Assembly (NCBI GenBank): GCA_021324655.1
Contig: JAJPIP010000044.1
Span: forward strand, 12,840-76,839
DNA: 64,000 nucleotides
Reading direction: 5' to 3'
Source of the DNA: Pseudomonadota bacterium
GTDB taxonomy: Bacteria > Chloroflexota > UBA5177
Below, piece after piece: positions 9,215 through 17,880 of this stretch. A model generated the notes under the pieces. That model was given only the letters and a program-made list of their open reading frames with translations. It was not told the DNA's origin and did no database searches. A program made the translations under genes and the position numbers. Each line of letters starts with the position of its first letter. Within the stretch, counting starts at the first letter, position 1.

Positions 9215-10333
9215 CTACACTCCGCGCCGCGCGTTGTCTGCGGCGGTCGCCAGACTGGATAGGAACTCCAGGAAGTCGTTCGACTGGCCGGCAAAGAGGT
9301 TGTCGTTGACGAGCGCCTGGAGCGCGCTCGTGGCAGCCATCTGCGTGTTGGTCGGCCGGACGATGGAGACGTGCGGGAACGCCGGATTGAGGAAAATCGT
9401 CGGTTCCGGCATGATCAGGTTGCCTTCGAGCAGCGGATCAGTGGAACCGGCCAGATTCGGGAACGTTAGCCCGTTTGTCGGGTCGGTGATGGCGGGGGCA
9501 TTTCCCGCCTTGTCATGCCACGTCTGGAAGTGCATGGCTTCCGTCGGGCCGATGCTGAGCAGGATGCGCAGGACCACGGGATCGGTCACTCGCTGCGCCA
9601 GGGACGGGTACAGGCTGGTTCCTCCTTGCTCGATGAAGGCGAAGTGGAAGCCGGCGGTGTTGGCGATGGCTTGCAGGTGGTTGGTCGCCGTGGTTGCCGT
9701 CGATCCCTCCAGGTCTTCTTTATGACGCGGAATCGCCGGGAACTTCCCTTTCAGCAAGCCCGGGACGGCGGGCGCAAAGGTGTCGCCGAAGTCTGGGTTC
9801 TTCGAGTCGCTGCGATACTTCTCCCACCAGCTCGTATCGATGACCAGTTCCATCAGGTTGGTCAACCGCTTGATCTGCTGGGCACCGGGGGCGGTGCTGC
9901 TGGGGAGACGTCGGAAGGGATCGAGATTGACCGGCTCCGCTCCAACCGACTTGAGATACGCGTTGATGAAAAACCAGTGGCTGAATTCATCGTCGGTGTT
10001 GTCGTGGACGTATTGAGGCATGTCGCCGTCAAGTTGTTGGAGGGCGTTTGTGTACGCGGCATTGCCGGTTCCACCCGGGACTTCACTGTCCTGGATCCCA
10101 CCTAGCTCGTTGTACTGCTGCCACAGATCGCTCTCGATGATCTCGGCAGCGGCGAGGAAGCGGAGGATGGCGATATCGCCCTCCGTGGGGGAACCGCTTG
10201 CCTCCGCTGTCAGGACCGGCAATCCGTCGACGAGCAGACCGGCGCCGACGACGCCTGCTCCCAGAGCGATGCTCTTGCCGAGAAAGGACCGCCGAGTGGT
10301 CATGCCGACCCGCTGCTGTACTGTCGGTGCCAT
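9215..10333 (-). CDS. Tat-exported ferritin-like di-metal carboxylate protein
   Basis: TRRSFL twin-Arg signal ending in AEA; EIIE, DEFSH, FIEQ and TEAMH ligand motifs; SD AAGGAG. Confidence 0.85.
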   Translation of the reverse strand: MAPTVQQRVGMTTRRSFLGKSIALGAGVVGAGLLVDGLPVLTAEASGSPTEGDIAILRFLAAAEIIESDLWQQYNELGGIQDSEVPGGTGNAAYTNALQQLDGDMPQYVHDNTDDEFSHWFFINAYLKSVGAEPVNLDPFRRLPSSTAPGAQQIKRLTNLMELVIDTSWWEKYRSDSKNPDFGDTFAPAVPGLLKGKFPAIPRHKEDLEGSTATTATNHLQAIANTAGFHFAFIEQGGTSLYPSLAQRVTDPVVLRILLSIGPTEAMHFQTWHDKAGNAPAITDPTNGLTFPNLAGSTDPLLEGNLIMPEPTIFLNPAFPHVSIVRPTNTQMAATSALQALVNDNLFAGQSNDFLEFLSSLATAADNARRGV

Positions 10334-10445
10334 GTTCAAGATCTCCTTGGTCGTGGGGGTGTCGGAAACCATCGGCTGGGCCCAGCGCGATGCAGAGAGG
10401 AGGATTCCCGCCGGCACATCCCGGCGGGCGCCCTACGTGTCATGC

Positions 10446-10463
10446 ATACGAGTGCCGGTTACA
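10446..10463 (-). promoter_or_regulatory. Conserved motif TGTAACC-N6-CGTAT (copy 2)
   Basis: Minus strand TGTAACCggcactCGTAT upstream of the ferritin-like gene and tatA. Confidence 0.7.
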
Positions 10464-10646
10464 TGAACCCCGACTGGTTCCCGTCGCCGAGGGCCGGCCG
10501 TTGTGGCCGGCGCCCTCGTGTTTCAGGGACGCCCATGGCCGCGCGCCGTGCCCTCGTCCCCGTCCGGAGGAACGGGCATGCACCCGCCGACGCCCGACCC
10601 CGGTGACCGCCTCAGACGCGGATACCGCGAGTCGGAGTACGGACGG

Positions 10647-11057
10647 CTATGACCTCACGATGATCGTGCCGATCATGCGCGGGTGAAAGACACAGCTGTA
10701 GCGGAATGTCCCGGCCTTGTGGGCGATATAGGTCCAGCTGGAGCCCACATCGAGTGTGCCCGAGTCGAAGCTGAAGTTATCGGCCGTCACGGTATGAGCG
10801 GTGTTGCTGACGTTGGTGAAGATCACGTCCTGGCCGGGATGCACCGTGACCGAGGCGGGCACATAGCGTCCGATTGTCTTCGCGTCGGTCTCGATCCTGA
10901 CGTGGATGGCCGGTAGGCTGCTGGCGTGGGCCGGCCCGAGATTCACCATACGAAAGGGACCGTGGAAGACGATCACGCCCATGATGCCGACCACGATGAT
11001 CGCCAGGATGAAACCGACGATCTCGGCAGCACTGAAGCGTACAAACCTGTTGTTCAT
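10647..11057 (-). CDS. Membrane-anchored cupredoxin (plastocyanin/amicyanin-like)
   Basis: N-terminal TM helix; HTVT...YSCVFHPRM type-1 Cu site. Confidence 0.88.
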   Translation of the reverse strand: MNNRFVRFSAAEIVGFILAIIVVGIMGVIVFHGPFRMVNLGPAHASSLPAIHVRIETDAKTIGRYVPASVTVHPGQDVIFTNVSNTAHTVTADNFSFDSGTLDVGSSWTYIAHKAGTFRYSCVFHPRMIGTIIVRS

Positions 11058-11164
11058 GTCACCGCCTCCCTTCCCGGCCCGGGTGCTGTGTTCTTTACAT
11101 CTCTCTATGATGGACGCCGCGCGGTTGCATCACGCCTCGTTTTGCCCAGCATACTCCTCGCATC

Positions 11165-11182
11165 TGTAACCCGCCCCCGTAC
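11165..11182 (+). promoter_or_regulatory. Conserved motif TGTAACC-N6-CGTAC (copy 3)
   Basis: TGTAACCcgccccCGTAC, 33 nt upstream of ATG 11216. Confidence 0.7.
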
Positions 11183-11215
11183 GAGGTTGTCATCACCCTC
11201 AGAGGAGGAGCAGGA

Positions 11216-12100
11216 ATGAAGGGAAGGAAGACGGCATCCCTCGCCGCGGCGGCGCTACTCGCCGGGACGGCTGCCGTTGTCGCCATATCACCGCACCGTG
11301 TTGCTCAAGCGCAGACCGCGACCGTGACCATTCGGAACTTCGCCTTTGCCCCGGCTACCTTGACCATTGCCGCGGGAACGACGGTGACGTGGATGAACGC
11401 CGATTCGGTCGCTCACACATCGACCAGTGATCCCGGCGATGCGATGTCCTGGGATTCCGGCTCAATCTCGCCAGGGAGTTCATTCAGTCTGACCTTCACC
11501 CAGGCGGGCACCTTCACTTACCACTGCTCGATTCACCCCTTCATGAAGGGCACGATCATCGTGGCGGCCGGGGTGACCTCCACCGCGACGGCGACGTCAT
11601 CCGTCGTCGCCACGGCCACGGCCACTTCCGGCGGGGTGACGGCCACCGCGACGACCGTGCCGCTGAGCGCGGTACCCGGGCCCGGCGGGATGGGTATGGG
11701 ACCGGCATCTCTCGCTTCCCAGCCCACCTGGCAAGGCTACTACGACGGCCACAAGGATACCTACCTCAGCACCGATGTCTCAAGCGCCGCTATGGCCGCC
11801 GAAATGCACATCCGCTACGCCCCTGGCCTGAGGAACGCCGCCGCGGCCTCCGTCGATCCGATGTACCTCGTCCCTGGCCGGGCAGCCACCAATCAACTGG
11901 CGGTGTTTGGCTCACAGCCCGGTGAATCCGATTATTCACCGCTGTGGCGTGAGATCACCGTCACCTGGAAGTCAGGCGTGAAGCCGGTGCTGCTGACAAG
12001 CGACAACCAGATCTTTGCCCTGCAGCACAAGGGCCGCCTGACGCTCCGTCGCACGCAGGTCATCCTGAACTGTCCGATTATTCGATACAAGAAGGGCTAG
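11216..12100 (+). CDS. Secreted cupredoxin fused through a Thr/Ala linker to an uncharacterised domain
   Basis: Signal peptide; HTSTS...YHCSIHPFM type-1 Cu site; C-terminal DYSPLW...LNCP domain. Confidence 0.85.
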   Translation: MKGRKTASLAAAALLAGTAAVVAISPHRVAQAQTATVTIRNFAFAPATLTIAAGTTVTWMNADSVAHTSTSDPGDAMSWDSGSISPGSSFSLTFTQAGTFTYHCSIHPFMKGTIIVAAGVTSTATATSSVVATATATSGGVTATATTVPLSAVPGPGGMGMGPASLASQPTWQGYYDGHKDTYLSTDVSSAAMAAEMHIRYAPGLRNAAAASVDPMYLVPGRAATNQLAVFGSQPGESDYSPLWREITVTWKSGVKPVLLTSDNQIFALQHKGRLTLRRTQVILNCPIIRYKKG

Positions 12101-12812
12101 GAGGCTCGGCGGCGTCTGAGCCGGGTAGGTGCAGCGTCACACAGCACATGCCCGGCTCAGGCGTGAGTTCGGCGCGAAGCGCCGGGACGTCGAGAGCGCC
12201 GACCAGGCCACGGCAGAGTTCGAGGTTCATGCCGCAGACCAGGTCGCGGTGCTCGGCTGCCAGGGCGTGAAATGGGCAGTTGCGTAAGCGAATTGAGCCG
12301 GCGCGATCGCGTTGCGGCTCATACCCGTAGGCCGTGAGCACAGTCTGCAGGGAGTCGAGAATCCTCTCTTCGTCGGCAGCGGGCTGGACACCGAGACGCG
12401 TTTCGGCGCCGAGCATCTCCCCAAACGAACGCGCGGTCTCCTCCAGCGCGGTGAGGGTCTCCGGTGACGCCGCTTGCTCGATCGCGACCGCGAGGAGGCG
12501 GGCGGCAAGTTCATAGCGGCGGGGAGGGATCGACACCTCAACCTCGGAGTTGGCCCACCGGTAGTATTTGGTTGGCCGCCCCGCGCCCGGGCCGCCCCGA
12601 CCGGACGGACGGCGAAACGTCGCCTCGAGAAGGCCGCAGGCAACCAGGCGATCGAGGTGGGTGGCGGCGAGTGCGCGCGCTATGTCGAGCGCTCTGGCCG
12701 CCTCGTCGCGCGAGACCTCGCCGCGCTCCCGAACCAGGCGATACAGCGCTCGCCGCAGCGGATCGTTGAGCTCCGCGGCCCGCCCGATTTCACCTTCTGC
12801 CGACGGCTCCAT
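12078..12812 (-). CDS. wHTH transcriptional regulator with Cys-rich sensor domain (COG2345 / SufR-like)
   Basis: HLDRLVACGLL...GRP wHTH; LRNCPF...VCGMN...CCV. Confidence 0.85.
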   Translation of the reverse strand: MEPSAEGEIGRAAELNDPLRRALYRLVRERGEVSRDEAARALDIARALAATHLDRLVACGLLEATFRRPSGRGGPGAGRPTKYYRWANSEVEVSIPPRRYELAARLLAVAIEQAASPETLTALEETARSFGEMLGAETRLGVQPAADEERILDSLQTVLTAYGYEPQRDRAGSIRLRNCPFHALAAEHRDLVCGMNLELCRGLVGALDVPALRAELTPEPGMCCVTLHLPGSDAAEPPSPSCIE

Positions 12813-12835
12813 TTCTGAGACAGCCTACCATCCTC

Positions 12836-12885
12836 TTGACATTCGCCAACATTCTTCTAAAATGACTATATCAGTGTTTTAGAAG
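12836..12885 (+). promoter_or_regulatory. Sigma70 promoter of folE overlapped by a palindromic operator
   Basis: TTGACA (12836)-N16-TAAAAT (12858); inverted repeat CTTCTAAAA-N14-TTTTAGAAG (12854-12885). Confidence 0.75.
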
Positions 12886-12893
12886 GAGCTGCT

Positions 12894-13508
12894 ATGGAAG
12901 CGCTGTCTGTCGCCCGGCCCGAGGAGAGGCGTCCGGCCGAATTCCGCTCCACGGGCGAAGGGCTGATTCGGGACCTCCTATTGGAATTGGGCGAGGATCC
13001 TAATCGGGACGGGCTGGTCCGCACCCCGCATCGGGTCTGGGAGTCACTGTCTCAGCTCACCGACGGCTATACGCAGGACGCCCTCGACGTCGTCGGCGAC
13101 GCTCTCTTCGCGGAGGAGACCGACGGCATGGTGACCCTCCAGGGCGTTGAGTTCTACAGTCTCTGCGAGCATCATCTCTTGCCGTTTTTTGGGCACGTCC
13201 ACATCGCATATCTCCCGGATGGCCAGATCGTCGGGCTGAGCAAGCTCCCGCGCCTGGTCGATCTCTTCAGCCACCGTCTTCAGGTGCAGGAACGATTGAC
13301 CACGCAGATCGCCGACGCCTGCGAAGAACTGCTGCACCCGCGAGGCGTGGCGGTCGTGGTGGAGGCGAGTCATCTCTGTCTGATGATGCGCGGCGTGGAG
13401 AAACAAGGCGTACGGACCGTCACCACCGTCATGCGCGGGACGTTCGATACCGATCCGGCGCTTCGCCGGGACTTTCTGGATCAAGTGCAACACGCAACGG
13501 GAGGCTGA
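12894..13508 (+). CDS. folE: GTP cyclohydrolase I
   Basis: GEDPNRDGLVRTP, CEHHLLPF, GLSKLPR, LQVQERLT, HLCLMMRG. Confidence 0.96.
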   Translation: MEALSVARPEERRPAEFRSTGEGLIRDLLLELGEDPNRDGLVRTPHRVWESLSQLTDGYTQDALDVVGDALFAEETDGMVTLQGVEFYSLCEHHLLPFFGHVHIAYLPDGQIVGLSKLPRLVDLFSHRLQVQERLTTQIADACEELLHPRGVAVVVEASHLCLMMRGVEKQGVRTVTTVMRGTFDTDPALRRDFLDQVQHATGG

Positions 13509-13509
13509 G

Positions 13510-14757
13510 ATGGATCACCCTGACATTTTGGTCATTGGAGGCGGCCTGGCCGCCGCTGCCATGGCGGAAGAGTACCGGAGGGCAGGCGGAACGGAGAGCA
13601 TCACGATCCTCTCCCACGATCCCGACCTTCCTGTGCACCGCCCGCCGCTTTCCAAAGGGTATCTGCGTGGTGCGGAGGATCGAACCTCGGTGTTCGTCCA
13701 CCCGCCGGCGTTTTACAACGACAACCGGATTGACGTGCGCCTTGGCCGGCGGGTGGCAGGGATCGATCTCGGCCGCAAACAGGTCACAGTCGCGGACGGC
13801 GAGCGTCTGTCCTTTGGACGGTTGGTACTGGCGACGGGTGCCCGACCACGTCGCCTCCCGATTCCAGGGAACGATTTGCCCGGCGTGTACTATCTTCGGA
13901 GTCTCGCCAGCGCGGACGATCTGCGCGCCGGCGCGGAGCGGGCCGAGCGGGCAGTCATCGTCGGCGCCGGATTCCTCGGTCTGGAGGTGGCCGCAACCCT
14001 GGCTCAGCGCGGTATCTCATGTACCGTCGTTGAGACTGCGCCGCGGGTCTGGCCGCAGTTGGTTCCTCCCCTGGTCTCCGACTTCATCCGGACGGCCTTT
14101 GAAGCCCGCGGCGTACGCTTCCGCTTCGGCCGCAGTGTTCGGTTCGTGGGCGGCGGTGACCGTGCCGATCATGTCGTGCTGGACGATGCCACCGTCCTCG
14201 AGACCGATCTCGTCGTGGTCGGTGTCGGGGTCCTCCTCAACACGGAGTTGGCCCAGGACGCCGGTCTCACGGTCGACCACGGCGTTGCCGTCGATTCCGT
14301 CTTCCGCACTGCCCATCCTGATGTCTATGCGATCGGCGACATCGCCCGATTCCCCGATCCGATCGCCGGGCCGATTCACCTGGAGCACTGGGACAACGCG
14401 CTTCACCAGGGCCGGTCGCTGGGCGCCCACCTGGCCGGAGCCGGAACGCCCTTCGATCACGTGGCGTACTTCTTCAGTGATCTCTTCGACCTGTCGTTGA
14501 ACATGGTCGGGTATCCCGGCGAGTGGGACGACGTGATCGTGCGAGGGGTTCCGGGAGATGGCCGGTTCACGGCGGTCTATCTTCAGCAAGGCGAGGTGCG
14601 GGCTGTTCTCATGGTGAACGATGATCACGAGTTTGACCGCTGGGTCGATTTGGTCAGGCAGAGGTTTCCCGCTGATGCCCACCGCCGCATCCTCGCCGAT
14701 GCCGCGAGCGAGCTCTCCTCACTCCCGACGAGGCAGCCCGGTCCCGTCCGGGTGTAA
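13510..14757 (+). CDS. FAD/NADH-dependent ferredoxin reductase-like oxidoreductase
   Basis: GGGLA, RPPLSK, LATGARP, GAGFLGLE, YAIGDIA, EHW and FFSD motifs. Confidence 0.9.
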   Translation: MDHPDILVIGGGLAAAAMAEEYRRAGGTESITILSHDPDLPVHRPPLSKGYLRGAEDRTSVFVHPPAFYNDNRIDVRLGRRVAGIDLGRKQVTVADGERLSFGRLVLATGARPRRLPIPGNDLPGVYYLRSLASADDLRAGAERAERAVIVGAGFLGLEVAATLAQRGISCTVVETAPRVWPQLVPPLVSDFIRTAFEARGVRFRFGRSVRFVGGGDRADHVVLDDATVLETDLVVVGVGVLLNTELAQDAGLTVDHGVAVDSVFRTAHPDVYAIGDIARFPDPIAGPIHLEHWDNALHQGRSLGAHLAGAGTPFDHVAYFFSDLFDLSLNMVGYPGEWDDVIVRGVPGDGRFTAVYLQQGEVRAVLMVNDDHEFDRWVDLVRQRFPADAHRRILADAASELSSLPTRQPGPVRV

Positions 14758-14769
14758 CCACGCCCGTAT
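14753..14769 (+). promoter_or_regulatory. Conserved motif TGTAACC-N5-CGTAT (copy 4)
   Basis: TGTAACCacgccCGTAT, about 270 nt upstream of the ECF sigma gene; overlaps the reductase stop codon. Confidence 0.55.
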
Positions 14770-15039
14770 GTAGGAGGGTAGCGAGTATGGCGGCCAGGGA
14801 TCACAGTGATTCCGGGCGGCGCCTCGTCGGAAGAACGTAGGGCATGATGTCTCGACAGCGCCTCCCGGCCCCAGAGCCCCTCGGTCGCTCCAGGTTTACC
14901 ACCCCTCCGCTGGACGCGCGTGCGGCCCCACGCCTCGCTGCCCCGGGTCACTCGGCCGCACGCGTGAGTCCAGCGCCTGTCTCACTCGACCCCAAAGGTA
15001 TACGATGATGGTCGTCAAGTACACGTCGAAGGCGTCCCG

Positions 15040-15588
15040 GTGAGCGAGGCCATCGGCGCGATGGCGGCAGCGACGCAGAGGACAGCCCTGAACGCTCCTC
15101 CTGACCTTGAGGAAGTTTTCTCGCGTTTTGTCGATCCGGTCTACCGGTTCCTCTATAGTCACGTGGGGAATCGGGAGGACGCCGAGGACCTGACTTCGGA
15201 AGTGTTCCTGAAAGCGGCACGACAACTCGACAGCGAACGGCCGGAGGCGAGTATTGCCAAGTGGCTGTTCACGGTGGCGCGCACCGTTCTCGCCGATCAC
15301 TGGCGGCGATACTACCGGGGCGGTGGTCACGTCCCTCTCGACGACACCTACCTCGGTACCGCTCGACAGGATCCGGCGCCCAGGATGTCAGCCGCCCGAG
15401 CCAGTCTTCTTGATGAGCTTCTGGATTCCCTGCCGGAGCGGTACCGGATGGTCCTGGAATTGCGGTTTCTTCGTGGCTATTCGATTCAAGAGACGGCGCG
15501 CGAATTGGACACGACACCGGAGAATGCGAAGGTGATCCAGCATCGCGCGCTGGCGAAGGCGGCCCAACTGATGGAGGGACGGCTGTGA
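15040..15588 (+). CDS. ECF RNA polymerase sigma factor
   Basis: Region 2 DAEDLTSEVFLKA...WLFTVAR; region 4 LPERYRMVLELRF...KVIQHRAL. Confidence 0.93.
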   Translation: MSEAIGAMAAATQRTALNAPPDLEEVFSRFVDPVYRFLYSHVGNREDAEDLTSEVFLKAARQLDSERPEASIAKWLFTVARTVLADHWRRYYRGGGHVPLDDTYLGTARQDPAPRMSAARASLLDELLDSLPERYRMVLELRFLRGYSIQETARELDTTPENAKVIQHRALAKAAQLMEGRL

Positions 15589-16235
15589 ACGATCCGGAAC
15601 GTCTGGACCGCGCCCTCGAGGAGCTCCTCCATGACCGATCGCCGCGCGGCGTCGGCGAATCGCTGGACGGCGAGGAGCAGCGTATGCTCCGTGTCGCGCA
15701 GCTCTTACGGGGCAGCCGGCCGGCAGATCCCGACGGTGAGTTTGTCGAAGCGCTGCACGCGCGCTTGTTTCCCGCGCCCGCCCGGGTCTCGCGCCGTACT
15801 GCCTTTCTGGGCGGGCTCGGCGCGCTCGCTGCGGGTGTCCTGGCGGGCGTGGGCATCGATCGTTTCGCGTCGGAGAGCAGGTCTGCGACCACATGGACGC
15901 CGCTGGTTGGCGCCAATGGGCGCTGGGTACCGGTGGCGACGGTCGCGGACCTGCCGCACGGCACCATCAAGGCGTTCCGAGCGGGTCATGTCCAGGGATT
16001 CCTCATCAACCGGCACGGTGAAATCCGAGCGCTGTCGGGCGTCTGTACGCACATGGGATGTCTGCTCGAGTTCAAGCAGTCTGACCAGGCATTCGTCTGC
16101 CCCTGCCACGGCGCTGAGTTCAGCATCTCCGGCGAGGCTTACCAGGGACCTCATCACTACAACATCCGGCTATCCCCCCTCCCTGAGATTCGGGTGAGGC
16201 GAAGTGGTGAGTCGATCGAAGTCTGGAGCGTGTAG
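15585..16235 (+). CDS. Rieske [2Fe-2S] protein with N-terminal anti-sigma-like domain and internal twin-Arg/TM segment
   Basis: CTHMGC and CPCHG boxes; SRRTAFLGG followed by a TM helix; GTGA overlap with the sigma gene stop. Confidence 0.88.
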   Translation: MNDPERLDRALEELLHDRSPRGVGESLDGEEQRMLRVAQLLRGSRPADPDGEFVEALHARLFPAPARVSRRTAFLGGLGALAAGVLAGVGIDRFASESRSATTWTPLVGANGRWVPVATVADLPHGTIKAFRAGHVQGFLINRHGEIRALSGVCTHMGCLLEFKQSDQAFVCPCHGAEFSISGEAYQGPHHYNIRLSPLPEIRVRRSGESIEVWSV

Positions 16236-16262
16236 CCCTCTTGGCGCCGGGAGCGACAGCTC

Positions 16263-17675
16263 TCACGGTGCGGACGGACCAAGCGGTGGACGCCGTGCCG
16301 GCCAGTCGTGATTTCGCTCGTAGTGGCGAGCGATGCGGTAGAGCGAGGGCTCGCCGAAGGGACGGCCCATCACCTGCGCACCGATCGGCAGACCCTCCGA
16401 TGAGAAGCCACACGGGAAGGTGAGGGCCGGCAGTCCAAAGACGTTCGCCGGCCAGGTTGCATTGATCGCCGAGGTCATTGCCTCCTGTCCGGTCTCATCC
16501 GGGCTCCTCACGGCGTCCATCGGGACCGTCGTCGTGGGGAGGGTGGGACTGAGGAGGGCATCCAGCGCGTGAGACTCAAACAGGTCGTGGATGCGTCTCT
16601 GCAACACTGTCCGAGCGCGCTGGGCCAGCACGTAGTGCGTCGCCGGTATCAGCTCGCCCAACTCCAGCATGACGCGCGTCGCGGGATCGAGCCGGTCTCC
16701 GCGCTCGCGCAGCAGGCCGCGATGCTCCGCGCTCGCCTCGGCGAGAAGAAGTGTCAGACCGACGGTGCCCACCTGATCCAGCTCAGGCATGCTGACCTCG
16801 ATCACGTCCGCTCCGTGGGCGCTCAGTTCACTCAGGACCTCGTCCACCGCTGCCCGCACCTCCGACTTGACGGCCGGTCCAAAAAAATAACGGCGCTCGA
16901 CGCCGATCGTCATGCCCCGCAGACTGCCCTCCATGCCTCGGAGGTAGTCAGGCACCGGCTCGTCAAGGGTGGATGGATCGCGGGGATCCTTCCCTGCAAT
17001 CGCCTGGAGGAGCAGAGCGTTATCGGCGACGGTGCGTGTCATCGGGCCGACGTGGTCAAGGGATGAGCTAAGCGGGACCACGCCGTGGCGGCTCACGCGG
17101 CCGAACGTCGGTTTCATTCCAACCAGGCCGTTCAACGCCGCCGGCTCACGGATCGACCCGCCGGAGTCGGTGCCGATGGCGCCGAAGGCAGAACGCGCCG
17201 CGACCGCCGCCCCGGAGCCGGCACTTGAGCCGCCGGGATAGTGACCCTCTCCCCAGGGACTTCGGGTTGGCGGCTCATTGACACCGTACGCCAGTTCATG
17301 CGTGACGGTTTTCCCGACGATCACGGCACCGGCCTCTCTCAGCCGCTCGATTACCGTCGCCTCGTCCGGCGCGACGAAACCCTCCATGGCTCGCGATCCT
17401 GCCTCCGTCGGCGCGTCGGTCGTGTACAGGAGGTCTTTGGCCGCCAGCGGGATACCGTGGAGGGGACCGCGCCAGTGTCCCGCAGCTGCCTCCCGGTCGC
17501 GATCACGGGCCTGGTCGAGTGCCTCCCGCCGGTAGACATGTGCATAGGCATGAATGCGCGGTTCCGTTTCCTCTATACGCTCCAGCGTCGCCTCGGTCAG
17601 CATCACCGCGCTAACAGCGCCATGGCGCAGGGCCCGGTCGGCCTCCACGATGGTGAGATCGGTGAGATCACTCAT
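16263..17675 (-). CDS. Amidase-signature family enzyme
   Basis: LHGIPLAAKD, GGSSAGS and GTDSGGSIR (Lys-cisSer-Ser triad). Confidence 0.92.
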   Translation of the reverse strand: MSDLTDLTIVEADRALRHGAVSAVMLTEATLERIEETEPRIHAYAHVYRREALDQARDRDREAAAGHWRGPLHGIPLAAKDLLYTTDAPTEAGSRAMEGFVAPDEATVIERLREAGAVIVGKTVTHELAYGVNEPPTRSPWGEGHYPGGSSAGSGAAVAARSAFGAIGTDSGGSIREPAALNGLVGMKPTFGRVSRHGVVPLSSSLDHVGPMTRTVADNALLLQAIAGKDPRDPSTLDEPVPDYLRGMEGSLRGMTIGVERRYFFGPAVKSEVRAAVDEVLSELSAHGADVIEVSMPELDQVGTVGLTLLLAEASAEHRGLLRERGDRLDPATRVMLELGELIPATHYVLAQRARTVLQRRIHDLFESHALDALLSPTLPTTTVPMDAVRSPDETGQEAMTSAINATWPANVFGLPALTFPCGFSSEGLPIGAQVMGRPFGEPSLYRIARHYERNHDWPARRPPLGPSAP

Positions 17676-17880
17676 GCCAGCGTGGATCGAAGGCTGGAAG
17701 TGGCGTCACACCGGCGAGGTTGAGCGCTTCCAGTTGAGCAATCGATGCCAGCTGATCGCGCAGCGCGACGGAGAGGGTGTCGAAATCGTCGACAGGGACA
17801 GAAAGACCGAATAGGGAGGCCAGCGCCCGGATGCGGTCGGGTGGAACCGGGTCACCGCCGGTCGAGCGCAGGTAGGCCAT
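17668..17880 (-). CDS. Small GatC/AtzG-like amidase partner protein
   Basis: 70 aa; LA-x2-FGL...QLEALNLAGVTP pattern; SD GAGGAG; overlaps the amidase start. Confidence 0.7.
   Translation of the reverse strand: MAYLRSTGGDPVPPDRIRALASLFGLSVPVDDFDTLSVALRDQLASIAQLEALNLAGVTPLPAFDPRWHE

Noticed and set aside
15585-16235. bc1/b6f complex Rieske subunit
   Set aside because: No cytochrome b or c1 nearby; the gene is coupled to an ECF sigma
16263-17880. gatCA of the tRNA amidotransferase
   Set aside because: No gatB, and GatA-specific motifs (DEFAMGS, SNLARFDG) are absent
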